This document shows, piece by piece, positions 27,830 through 36,445 of a stretch of 45,434 nt of DNA. This stretch comes from Chthoniobacterales bacterium. GTDB taxonomy: Bacteria > Verrucomicrobiota > Verrucomicrobiia > Chthoniobacterales > JBKEAD01. The notes below the pieces were generated by a model. That model did not search any database. It worked only from the letters and a program-made list of their open reading frames with translations, and was not told the origin of the DNA. The translations under genes were made by a program, and so were the position numbers. The stretch covers positions 1 through 45,434 of the forward strand of contig JBKEBM010000227.1 of the NCBI GenBank assembly GCA_047973165.1, given 5' to 3'. How positions within the stretch are numbered: the first letter of the stretch is position 1; each line of letters begins with the position of its first letter.

Positions 27830-28138
27830 TTACGCTTCGATTCCCACGATGACCAGGGGAACTGCCGGAACGCCGCGTCCCTGTCGCACGACATTATAAA
27901 ATTCACCCTCGTAGTAAGCGACGCCGGAACTCATTTCTGCCTGGAGAGATTTCATCGGCAGTATCTCGATACCCAGGTCGATCTCGAATTTTTTTTCGTA
28001 TTCTTTATCTGCGTTGTAAGGCGGAGAGGTAACGATCAGTTGAGAGTATTCATCCGGAATTTGACAGAGCAGATAGAGGCAGTTACCTGGATAAACAATG
28101 ATTTCCCGAGTGGTGCTGAGGGATTTATGAACGGTATT
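27830..28138 (-). pseudogene. Relic of a beta-class N4/N6 DNA methyltransferase. Only the N-terminal motif IV region survives and there is no start codon.
   Basis: I hand-translated the frame between stop codons at 28139-28141 and 27830-27832. It reads NTVHKSLSTTREIIVYPGNCLYLLCQIPDEYSQLIVTSPPYNADKEYEKKFEIDLG...VGIEA*. The segment G(N/D)CL..L..IPD.S..LIVTSPPYN is the canonical N-terminus of PF01555-type MTases. There is no ATG/GTG/TTG before the internal Met at 27955. No SAM-binding FxGxG half follows. Confidence 0.45.
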
Positions 28139-28230
28139 TTACCTGAACATAGAAAGAGGCGGATATGGATTCGCTTTGACCGTATCACTCTGCTTGTTTT
28201 CGTCAAATCAGGTGGTTAGTCTGCGCGAAT

Positions 28231-29349
28231 ATGTCGGAGGATTTTTTATCTTTTTTTGCACCGGGGCGAGTTGAGGTTATAGGGAATCATGTGGATTACA
28301 ATGGGGGGGTGGTTTTGTCTGCGGCGTTGCAGTTGGGGATTCGTGTGAAGGGGCGGCAAACAGAGGATGGGACGATCCGCTTGGCCAGCGAGGGGATTGA
28401 TGAACGAGTTTGCGTGGATTCACAGGTGCCCGTTGCCCCTTTGGAGAACTGGGCGGATTATCCGCTTGGAGTCTGGAGTGAATTAAAAAAAACGGGGGCA
28501 CCTGTGCGGGGCTTTGAGGCGGAGTTTAGTTCGACGCTGCCGATTGGTGCGGGGCTGTCGAGCTCGGCGGCAATTGAGAGTGCGACAGCGATGCTGCTGC
28601 AAAGTCTTTACAATTTTAAATTGTCGCCTCTGGAGATTGCGAAGATTTGTCAGCGGGCGGAGAATCAGTTTGTGGGGGTGAATTGTGGTTTGCTCGATCA
28701 GGTGTCGAGTGTGTTTGGGCGATCGGGAAATTTGATTGTCCTGGATTGTCGTTCGGAGGAGGTGTCGCATCAACCTTTGCCTGGAGAGGTGGTGTTTATC
28801 GTTGTTCATTCGGCGGTGCCGCATGCTTTGGTTGGAGGGGAATATAATGAGCGGCGAGAACAATGTTTTGAGGCGGCACGTCTGCTGGGCGTCGAAGAAT
28901 TGCGGGATGTTTCGATGGTGGATTTGGAGGCAGCGATTTCCGCCGGAAAACTGCCGGACCTGCCCACCAGGCGTGCGCGGCATGTTGTAGGGGAGGTAGA
29001 GCGGGTCTTTGCGGCGAAGGAAGCTGCCCTGGCGGGGGACTTGAAAAGTATGGGAAGTCTGATGACACAATCACACCGAAGTTCGATTCATAATTTTGAA
29101 AACAGCACGCCGGAACTGGATATGCTGGTGGAGATTGCAACGGCGGATGCTGGCGTGTATGGAGCGCGGCTGACCGGCGGTGGTTTTGGAGGGGCGATTG
29201 TTGCACTGGCGCAGCGTGAAGGTGCCGGAGCGACGGCGAAACGAATCGAAACTGCTTACCGGAAAAAGTCAGGAAATCGGGGCAAGGCCTATGTTTGCGA
29301 GGTCGGGGATGGAGCTGTTTTGTCCAATGGAGGTGTGCTTCCGAATTGA
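28231..29349 (+). CDS. galK: Galactokinase-type GHMP kinase
   Basis: FAPGRVEVIGNHVDYNGG is the galactokinase signature. PIGAGLSSSAA is GHMP motif II and GARLTGGGFGG is motif III. The length is 372 aa. Confidence 0.8.
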   Translation: MSEDFLSFFAPGRVEVIGNHVDYNGGVVLSAALQLGIRVKGRQTEDGTIRLASEGIDERVCVDSQVPVAPLENWADYPLGVWSELKKTGAPVRGFEAEFSSTLPIGAGLSSSAAIESATAMLLQSLYNFKLSPLEIAKICQRAENQFVGVNCGLLDQVSSVFGRSGNLIVLDCRSEEVSHQPLPGEVVFIVVHSAVPHALVGGEYNERREQCFEAARLLGVEELRDVSMVDLEAAISAGKLPDLPTRRARHVVGEVERVFAAKEAALAGDLKSMGSLMTQSHRSSIHNFENSTPELDMLVEIATADAGVYGARLTGGGFGGAIVALAQREGAGATAKRIETAYRKKSGNRGKAYVCEVGDGAVLSNGGVLPN

Positions 29350-29436
29350 AATTGCTTGTATGTGAGTGCCTTTAGCTGTTCAAACAGGCATACCTGTAAA
29401 CAATCGGGGGAAGAATTTAGCATCAGAAAAATAAAT

Positions 29437-30732
29437 ATGAAATCTATCGGCATCGGACTGGCGGGCTTTGGCACCGTGGGAAGCGGGGTTTGGAAAAACC
29501 TCACAGAAAATGCTGCTCTGATTTCGGGGCGCCTTGGTGTGCAGATGGATGTCAAAAAAATTGCCGTTCGCGATCTTACAAAAAAGCGGGGTGTTGTCGC
29601 TCCGGCACAGCTTTTTACCGATAGCTGGCGGGAGATGCTCGATGATCCGGCGGTGGAGATCGTTGTCGAGTTGATTGGTGGAACTGATGAAGCCAGAGAG
29701 CTGGTGCTTGCTTCGATCGATGCAGGGAAAATCGTTGTCACCGGAAACAAGGCTCTCCTCGCTGAACAGGGGAAGGAAATTTTCCAATACGCTCGTGAAA
29801 AAAAGGTTCCCATTTTTTACGAGGCAGCAGTGGCGGGCGGGATTCCGATCATCAAGGCTCTGCGCGAGTCCTTTGTGGGGAATCGTTTTGAAAGTATCCA
29901 GGGGATTTTAAATGGGACGAGTAATTATATCCTGACTCGCATGGAGGAGGCTGGCCTGGATTTTTCCGAGGCTCTCGCCGAGGCGCAAAAACTGGGCTAC
30001 GCGGAGGCAGACCCGGCTCTGGATGTGAATGGATGGGATGCCGCTCACAAGGCTATCATTATTGCATCAATTGCTTTTGGAAAATGGGTGGAGGCCGATC
30101 GAACCTACGTCGCAGGGATTGAGGGGGTGACTTCGGCGGATATTCGTTTTGCAAAGCAGCTTGGTTTTCGAATCAAACTTCTTGGTACGATTCGTGCGCG
30201 TGAAGACAGGTCAGTCGAGGTGCGAGTGTGTCCGACTCTGATTCCGCAGGGGCATGTGCTGGCTTCGGTCGGAGGAGTTTTTAATGCGATCTGGCTGAAT
30301 GGTGATGTGGCCGGAGAGTCATTGTTTTACGGACGTGGAGCGGGGCAGGATCCGACGGCAAGTTCGGTATTGTCGGACCTGGCCGATGCGGTAGGTGCTT
30401 TAAAAAATCCCTGCCGCTGCTTTGGCTTTACCGGCTTTGATCTATACGACGAATATGTTTCGCCGGATGAAGCAGTGTCGCAGTTTTATTTGCGTTTGTC
30501 TGTCGAGGACCGTCCGGGTGTGCTGGCTCAGATCGCCGGTTTGCTGGGAGCGGGGAATATCGGAATCTCCTCGGTGATTCAGCCGGAGGGCAAAGAAGGT
30601 GATGCGCTGCCGCTGATTTTGATTTTGCATTACGCACCGCAGGGTAAGGTTGTGGAAGCTTTGAAAAAAATAGAGAAACTGGATTGCGTGAAGGCCTCAC
30701 CCGTTCTCATGCATGTGGAGGAATTTGAATGA
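29437..30732 (+). CDS. hom: Homoserine dehydrogenase with a C-terminal ACT domain
   Basis: MKSIGIGLAGFGTVGSGV is the NAD-binding segment. GYAEADPALDVNGWDAAHK is present. The ACT-like tail is YLRLSVEDRPGVLAQIAG. ATG at 29437 is preferred over the TTG at 29356. Confidence 0.9.
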   Translation: MKSIGIGLAGFGTVGSGVWKNLTENAALISGRLGVQMDVKKIAVRDLTKKRGVVAPAQLFTDSWREMLDDPAVEIVVELIGGTDEARELVLASIDAGKIVVTGNKALLAEQGKEIFQYAREKKVPIFYEAAVAGGIPIIKALRESFVGNRFESIQGILNGTSNYILTRMEEAGLDFSEALAEAQKLGYAEADPALDVNGWDAAHKAIIIASIAFGKWVEADRTYVAGIEGVTSADIRFAKQLGFRIKLLGTIRAREDRSVEVRVCPTLIPQGHVLASVGGVFNAIWLNGDVAGESLFYGRGAGQDPTASSVLSDLADAVGALKNPCRCFGFTGFDLYDEYVSPDEAVSQFYLRLSVEDRPGVLAQIAGLLGAGNIGISSVIQPEGKEGDALPLILILHYAPQGKVVEALKKIEKLDCVKASPVLMHVEEFE

Positions 30733-31832
30733 GTTACCGTAAGCCGCTACATGATCGCGGGGTGATTGCGCGATATCGCGAGTATCTGCCCGTCACGGAC
30801 AGCACGCCCGTCGTGTCGATCAATGAGGGGTCGACACCGCTGATTTATTCCCCGTGGTTGAGCGAACTCGCCGGAGCACAGCGTGAGGTTTATTTAAAAT
30901 ATGAAGGGCTGAATCCGACGGGTTCTTTTAAAGATCGTGGTATGACCATGGCGATGACAAAGGCCTTGGAAAACGGAAGTTCCACTGTGATCTGCGCCTC
31001 CACAGGGAATACTTCGGCAGCAGCGGCAGCTTATGCCGTGCGGGCGGGATTAAAGTGTGCCGTGCTTTTGCCTAAAGGAAAAATCGCAGCAGGCAAGCTG
31101 ATGCAGGCTTTCATGTATGGCGCACAGGTTCTGGCCATTCGTGGAAATTTTGATGATGCTCTTCGCCTCGTGCGCGAGATGGGTGACCTGCCCGGCTTTG
31201 AGATTGTAAACTCTATCAATCCTTATCGTATCGAGGGGCAGAAGACAGCGGCTTTTGAAATCGTGGATGAGTTAGGCGATGCACCGGACGTGCACATCCT
31301 GCCTGTTGGAAATGCCGGTAACATCACGGCCTACTGGAAAGGATACCAGGAGTTTCATGCAGCGGGGAAGGCGACTGTTTTACCACAAATGATTGGGTTT
31401 CAGGCTGCAGGATCGGCACCGATTTTTTATGATAAAGTGATCGAAAAGCCGGAGACAATTGCCTCGGCAATTCGTATCGGAAACCCGGCAAGCCGGAAGA
31501 CCGCTCAGGCAGCTATTGCTGATTCCTCGGGGCATATTGATATCGTGACGGACGAGGAGATTGTCGTAGCGCAAAAGCGTTTGGCTTCTTCAGACGGAGT
31601 TTTTGTCGAGCCTGCAAGTGCGGCTTCGGTAGCGGGATTACTGAAACTCCTGGAGCGTGGCGAGGAGCCAGGAAAACGCTCTCCGCTGGCGGGACTTTCG
31701 GAAAAAGCACGCTTCGCTCTTACCGTCACCGGACACGGCTTAAAAGATCCGGATACCCCCGCACTGGGGGATGCGCAACCGTTGGAGGTTGAGGCTGATC
31801 TTGTCAGCATTCGCAAAATGCTCGAAAACTAA
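30729..31832 (+). CDS. thrC: Threonine synthase
   Basis: EGLNPTGSFKDRGMT carries the PLP lysine and CASTGNTSAAAAAY is present. There is an ATGA overlap with hom. Confidence 0.9.
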   Translation: MSYRKPLHDRGVIARYREYLPVTDSTPVVSINEGSTPLIYSPWLSELAGAQREVYLKYEGLNPTGSFKDRGMTMAMTKALENGSSTVICASTGNTSAAAAAYAVRAGLKCAVLLPKGKIAAGKLMQAFMYGAQVLAIRGNFDDALRLVREMGDLPGFEIVNSINPYRIEGQKTAAFEIVDELGDAPDVHILPVGNAGNITAYWKGYQEFHAAGKATVLPQMIGFQAAGSAPIFYDKVIEKPETIASAIRIGNPASRKTAQAAIADSSGHIDIVTDEEIVVAQKRLASSDGVFVEPASAASVAGLLKLLERGEEPGKRSPLAGLSEKARFALTVTGHGLKDPDTPALGDAQPLEVEADLVSIRKMLEN

Positions 31833-31853
31833 CTCAGCGATTTTTTTGTTTCT

Positions 31854-33074
31854 ATGGCTTTAATTGTTCAAAAATACGGAGGTACCTCGGTTGCCTCACC
31901 GGAGCGGATTCGTGCGGTTGCCGCGCGTGCGCTTGCACGGCAGCGCGAGGGAGATTCCATCGTCGTTGTTGTTTCCGCGATGTCCGGAGTTACGGATTCC
32001 CTCATTAAACTATCCAAAGAAGTTTCAGATAATCCTACCGACCGGGAAATGGATGTTCTGCTTTCCACGGGCGAGCAAACGACGATTGCGCTGGCGGCCA
32101 TGGCCATCAACGCAATGGGAGGCAAGGCGCGTTCGCTCACCGGTGCCCAGGCAGGAATTGTGACCGACGGAGTTCATACGAAGGCGAAAATTTCCAATAT
32201 TACGCCGCATCAGGTTCATGAATTTCTCGATGCCGGCAACATCGTTATCGTAGCAGGTTTCCAGGGAAAAAATGCGAGTGGAGAAATCACAACCCTGGGC
32301 CGGGGCGGATCGGATTTGACAGCCATTGCGATTGCCGCAGCACTGAAAGCTGATAACTGCGAAATCTATACAGATGTCGATGGTATCTATACCTGCGATC
32401 CGCGTATCGTTCCGGAAGCAAAAAAAATCGATAGCATTGCCTACGACGAACTTTTGGAAATGGCCAGCAGCGGTAGCAAAGTAATGCAATCGCGCTCGGT
32501 CGAATTTGCCAAAAAATTTGCGGTTCCTTTTGAGGTCCGCAGTAGTTTTAATAATCAACGAGGAACCCAAGTGAAAGAAGAATTACCCAGCATGGAAAGC
32601 GTCGTCGTGCGCGGCGTAAGCATCGAACGAAACCAAGCCAAAGTCACCATTTCTCAGGTGCCGGATCAGCCAGGCAAGGCAGCACAGATTTTTAATGCAA
32701 TTGCCGATGCAAACCTATCAGTGGACGTCATTGTCCAAAACGTTTCCGTCCAGGGCACGACGGATATTTCCTTTACGATGAATGCCGACGAACTGGAAAA
32801 AATCGGTGCCGTTCTTGATCAGGTCGTCGCCGACATCGGAGCGGGTCAGATTTACAAACAAAAAGGTATCGCCAAATTAAGTGTCGTCGGCATCGGTATG
32901 CGCTCTCACTCCGGAGTTGCTGCACGGCTCTTTGATGCTCTTAGCCACGGCGGCATCAACATCCAGATGATTTCGACGTCAGAGATCAAAATCGCCGTTA
33001 TCCTGGGAGAGAAACAAATCGCCGAGGCGGCGCAGCTTGCGCATAAGGCTTTCAACCTGGGCGAAGAGAGCTAA
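31854..33074 (+). CDS. lysC: Aspartate kinase with two C-terminal ACT domains
   Basis: MALIVQKYGGTSVASPERI, VVVVSAMSGVTD, TLGRGGSD and YTDVDGIYTCDPR are present. Confidence 0.93.
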   Translation: MALIVQKYGGTSVASPERIRAVAARALARQREGDSIVVVVSAMSGVTDSLIKLSKEVSDNPTDREMDVLLSTGEQTTIALAAMAINAMGGKARSLTGAQAGIVTDGVHTKAKISNITPHQVHEFLDAGNIVIVAGFQGKNASGEITTLGRGGSDLTAIAIAAALKADNCEIYTDVDGIYTCDPRIVPEAKKIDSIAYDELLEMASSGSKVMQSRSVEFAKKFAVPFEVRSSFNNQRGTQVKEELPSMESVVVRGVSIERNQAKVTISQVPDQPGKAAQIFNAIADANLSVDVIVQNVSVQGTTDISFTMNADELEKIGAVLDQVVADIGAGQIYKQKGIAKLSVVGIGMRSHSGVAARLFDALSHGGINIQMISTSEIKIAVILGEKQIAEAAQLAHKAFNLGEES

Positions 33075-33191
33075 TACGATTTAATGAGATAAACTGGAGT
33101 TTCGCCCTCCTTCCCTGGCAACAAAAGCTCTGCGGAGCCTGAGTCCGGTTTTTTTATAGATTTGGTATAAAAAAAGAAGCGGCTGATTTTT

Positions 33192-35051
33192 CTAACCCGA
33201 GTTATCCACTGCGTCTTCGTCGGATGAATCCGCCTCGTTGCTGTCCTCAGAAACTTTTTTGTTTTTTTCCTTAGCGAAAAATTTCTTAAAAGTTTTTCCG
33301 ATCAGCGGTGCTGCGTGCGAGCCGCCTCCGGCTTTTGCGCCCGGATCACTTTCGTAAACTGCGGCAAAGGCATAGCGTGGATTGTCAGCGGGTAAAAATC
33401 CGGCAAACCAGGCAGCCGTTTTTTGTTTTACTTTAGGCCCCCATTGGGCAGTTCCGGTTTTTCCGGCGACTTCGATACCTTTTACCCGGGCTTTTCGACC
33501 GGTTCCGTTTTTGGTTACTGCTACGAGTGCTTCGCAAAGTTCATCATAAATCCCGGGCTGGATGGGCAGGTCAGCACGCAGGCGGTCGGGATAGGCTGCG
33601 ACAACCGAATTATCAATTGCCTGGATTTGTTTGACTAAACGTGTTTGGTGAAATTTTCCATCTGCTGCGATGACGCCCATAGCCTGGGCCATTTGCAGGG
33701 GTGTCACCAGGATGTCGCCTTGTCCGATGCTCATATTTGCAACATCGCCCTGAAGAATTTTTCGGTTATGTACGCGCAGCATGTAATCGTCGGTCGGGAT
33801 GTTGCCTCGTTCTTCAGCCGCAAGCGGAATGCCTGTTCGATTTCCAAGCCCCAGGGCTTTGGACCATTCGATGATCGGATCGGAACCGATTTTCAGTCCT
33901 ACCTGATAAAACCACGTATTGCAGGACTGCTGCATGGCCTGGACAAAGTTTAAAGAACCCGCACCTTCTTTTTTCCAGTTTCTGAAAACCACATTTCCAA
34001 CCGATATACTCGGTGGACAATTGAAATGTGATCTGGGTGTAACTTTTCCGGTTTCCAGGGCGGCCAGTCCGACAATCGTCTTAAATGTGGACCCCGGCGG
34101 GTAAGCCGAACGAAAGGCGCGAGGATAAAGTGGCACATCGGGATTGTCTCGTAGTTGGGCAAAAACTTCCGCTGAGATAGAGGGGACGAATAAGTTGGGG
34201 TCAAAGGTCGGCCAGGAGGCGAGAGCCAGGACTTCGCCTGTTGCTACTTCAATCACAACGATAGCTCCGCGTTTGGTATTTTCTTTCAGTACGTCTTCAC
34301 AAATAGCCTGGAGATTTTTGTCAATGGTTGTGACCAGGTTATTTCCCGGCACGGGTTGGCTGGCGATACGTTCTGCGATTTTACGTCCTTCCGGATCGAA
34401 GGTTACATTCAGGACGCCCAGGCGTCCGCGTAGCTGATCATCGAAAGTCTGTTCCAGTCCTTCGCGTCCTTCACTCTCGGGAAAAATCAGGTCTTTATTT
34501 TCGATTGGTCGTGTCGAAAGTGGTGCTTCGCGACCGACATATCCGATGATATGGGCCGCAAGTTTATTTTCGGGATAGTGACGCAGATAAGTCTGACGTA
34601 AAATCAGATTTGGAGTCAGCCCTTTTTGCACGATAGCCAGCTCGGGTGGCGACAAATCTTCAATGATATCTAGAGGCAGGACAGCGCGATTTTTATAATG
34701 ACGAATGACCTCGGCCTCATTCAGTTTGATTTCCCTTTTTAGCAGTCCGGAAGCGAGCGTTGCCTGCTGCCGAACAAAGTTGATGATTTGCTGATCGGTC
34801 CAGTCCAGCGGAGTCGGGAAGCTGATTGCCAGATTATAGCTCAGACGTGTTTGCGCAAGAGGGTGACCGTTACGATCCGTAATTTGTCCGCGTGGCGCAG
34901 GAATCCTGAGTTGAAAGGTGCGAGCCTGCTTCTGAGTTTCCCAGGTTGGCTTTGGATTTTCGACAACACCCGTATTATCGACTGCGGTGGCTGCCGACAG
35001 AACGGGACTCAGAGAACAAAGGAAAAAAATAAAAGCAACGTATCGCCGCAT
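33192..35051 (-). CDS. mrdA: Penicillin-binding protein 2 (class B transpeptidase)
   Basis: The three motifs are SxxK (PGSTFKT), SxN (QQSCNTW) and KTG (GKTGTA). The start is set at MRRYVAFIFFLCSL (cat at 35049-35051). The track ORF extends to 35123. It has an acidic low-complexity C-terminal tail. Confidence 0.8.
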   Translation of the reverse strand: MRRYVAFIFFLCSLSPVLSAATAVDNTGVVENPKPTWETQKQARTFQLRIPAPRGQITDRNGHPLAQTRLSYNLAISFPTPLDWTDQQIINFVRQQATLASGLLKREIKLNEAEVIRHYKNRAVLPLDIIEDLSPPELAIVQKGLTPNLILRQTYLRHYPENKLAAHIIGYVGREAPLSTRPIENKDLIFPESEGREGLEQTFDDQLRGRLGVLNVTFDPEGRKIAERIASQPVPGNNLVTTIDKNLQAICEDVLKENTKRGAIVVIEVATGEVLALASWPTFDPNLFVPSISAEVFAQLRDNPDVPLYPRAFRSAYPPGSTFKTIVGLAALETGKVTPRSHFNCPPSISVGNVVFRNWKKEGAGSLNFVQAMQQSCNTWFYQVGLKIGSDPIIEWSKALGLGNRTGIPLAAEERGNIPTDDYMLRVHNRKILQGDVANMSIGQGDILVTPLQMAQAMGVIAADGKFHQTRLVKQIQAIDNSVVAAYPDRLRADLPIQPGIYDELCEALVAVTKNGTGRKARVKGIEVAGKTGTAQWGPKVKQKTAAWFAGFLPADNPRYAFAAVYESDPGAKAGGGSHAAPLIGKTFKKFFAKEKNKKVSEDSNEADSSDEDAVDNSG

Positions 35052-35178
35052 AGCCCTAAGTGGTGCCACAACAGACGATTTGCTGCAACGAAAAGTAAAC
35101 AAGCGAACAGTTAAAGGGCGCACCCGGAAAGCTGCTTTTCGGCAGAGAGAGTGGACAAAATTTTGGAGACAAGGCGAA

Positions 35179-35213
35179 AAGATAGCCGTTGGCCTTGCCC
35201 CAACGGGTATCTT
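35179..35213 (-). terminator. Strong hairpin between tsaB and mrdA, a possible terminator or attenuator
   Basis: aagatagccgttgg (35179-35192) pairs with ccaacgggtatctt (35200-35213). Of 14 positions, 13 are paired, with a 7-nt loop. A short T-run (cttttc) lies on either strand. Confidence 0.35.
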
Positions 35214-35275
35214 TTCAACGCCGTCTCCGGGATTTTGAACAACTCTGTGTTGAAAATGAGGTTTTCGGGTATGCC

Positions 35276-35986
35276 CTAAAATCGGGGTATGGAATCTTGA
35301 TTTTTGGGTGTGGTAATGTGTGGTGGTTTCAAATAAAGCGGCTCGGGAGCTGTCAGGTTCTCCTCACAGCCTGCTGCACGGGCAAGAAGCGGCCCGTGGA
35401 TTTCAAGTTCTGAATCCCTGCCGAAAAAGTGAATGGGGAGATTTTTTTCTTCTGCCCGGTGAAAAGCCTCGTCCTGCGTCAGCAGAATCGGTGGTATTGT
35501 CAGATGTAAAACACCAGTATTTTTTTGTTCCAATACGGCAAAAAATACCTGGCCTCCACGAGCGTCTCCGCACACGGCAAAGGGTGAGAGTTCCCCGTCC
35601 TGCGACTCGCTGAGTCTGCGTTCATCGCAGTAGCGTGTTCCCAAAAGAGAGCATATCCCGTAATACTCCACATTCCAACCCAGGGCCAGCCCGGCGGCCA
35701 GGGAGATTCCGGCACGAATCCCGTTGTAAGAGCCCGGACCAGTGCCGACAATGATACGAGCGGGATGTCCGTTGTTCTGAAAAACATTTTTGACGGCCCT
35801 TTGTGCCATTCCGAAAAGTGGTGCTGATTCGCGCCGGGAAACATCTGTTTCTTCATGAAACAGACGGCTCATTTTTCCATTGTTGCAATCGCAGACAGTC
35901 ACACTCATGTGGCTCGAAGAACTTTCGATCAACAGAAAACTCGCAGAAAACTTTGGCTCAATCTGGTTGGCTGGATTATTTGGCAT
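35276..35986 (-). CDS. tsaB: tRNA t6A37 biosynthesis protein TsaB (YeaZ)
   Basis: FLLIESSSS...VTV is at the N-terminus and VGTGPGSYNGIRAGISLAAGLALG is the GPGSFTGLRIG-type motif. It overlaps the tsaE stop by 11 nt. Confidence 0.75.
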   Translation of the reverse strand: MPNNPANQIEPKFSASFLLIESSSSHMSVTVCDCNNGKMSRLFHEETDVSRRESAPLFGMAQRAVKNVFQNNGHPARIIVGTGPGSYNGIRAGISLAAGLALGWNVEYYGICSLLGTRYCDERRLSESQDGELSPFAVCGDARGGQVFFAVLEQKNTGVLHLTIPPILLTQDEAFHRAEEKNLPIHFFGRDSELEIHGPLLARAAGCEENLTAPEPLYLKPPHITTPKNQDSIPRF

Positions 35987-36416
35987 AGTGAAATTTTATT
36001 TTTCGGGAAGTATCACCAATTGATTCGAACTGCACGGACCAACGTCTCTGCGGAAGTAATTCCGCAAATTTCTCTCCCCACTCCACGATACAAATGACAC
36101 GGTCTGCCAAAATATCTTCCAGGCCGACACTCCAGGCGTCGGCTTCATTTTTCAGACGATAGAAATCCAGGTGCACAATTGGCGGACGGGTTTTATATTC
36201 ATGCACCAAAGTAAAAGTCGGGCTGGCAACTTCCTCCTGCGTTCCAAAAACAGATACGATTCCTCGTGTAAAGTGTGTCTTCCCGGCTCCGAGTCCGCCA
36301 CTCAGAATCACGCAGACCGGTTCCCGCAGCGCGGCAGCAAAATCCGCTCCGAGAATCTCCGTCTCATCCGCCGATTCGGTTACAAATTCCTGCTCGTCAA
36401 ATTTCTGATTTGCCAT
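35976..36416 (-). CDS. tsaE: tRNA t6A37 biosynthesis ATPase TsaE (YjeE)
   Basis: ILSGGLGAGKTHFTRGI is the Walker A motif. SPTFTLVHEY and HLDFYRL are present. The start is set at MANQKF (cat at 36414-36416). The track start at 36458 would overlap the divergent pgi start. Confidence 0.8.
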   Translation of the reverse strand: MANQKFDEQEFVTESADETEILGADFAAALREPVCVILSGGLGAGKTHFTRGIVSVFGTQEEVASPTFTLVHEYKTRPPIVHLDFYRLKNEADAWSVGLEDILADRVICIVEWGEKFAELLPQRRWSVQFESIGDTSRKIKFHYAK

Positions 36417-36445
36417 AGACAGAGTAATCCTGTCTGCTTTCCGAT

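Noticed and set aside
29356-29436. The ORF track gives upstream N-terminal extensions for hom (29356), PBP2 (35123), tsaE (36458), hydrolase B (1767) and parA (16590).
   Set aside because: The extensions begin at TTG or other non-ATG starts, or add residues that do not fit the family N-termini or signal peptides. Internal ATGs give canonical N-termini: MKSIGIGLAGFG, MRRYVAFIFF, MANQKF, MKALSL and MKTIAV.
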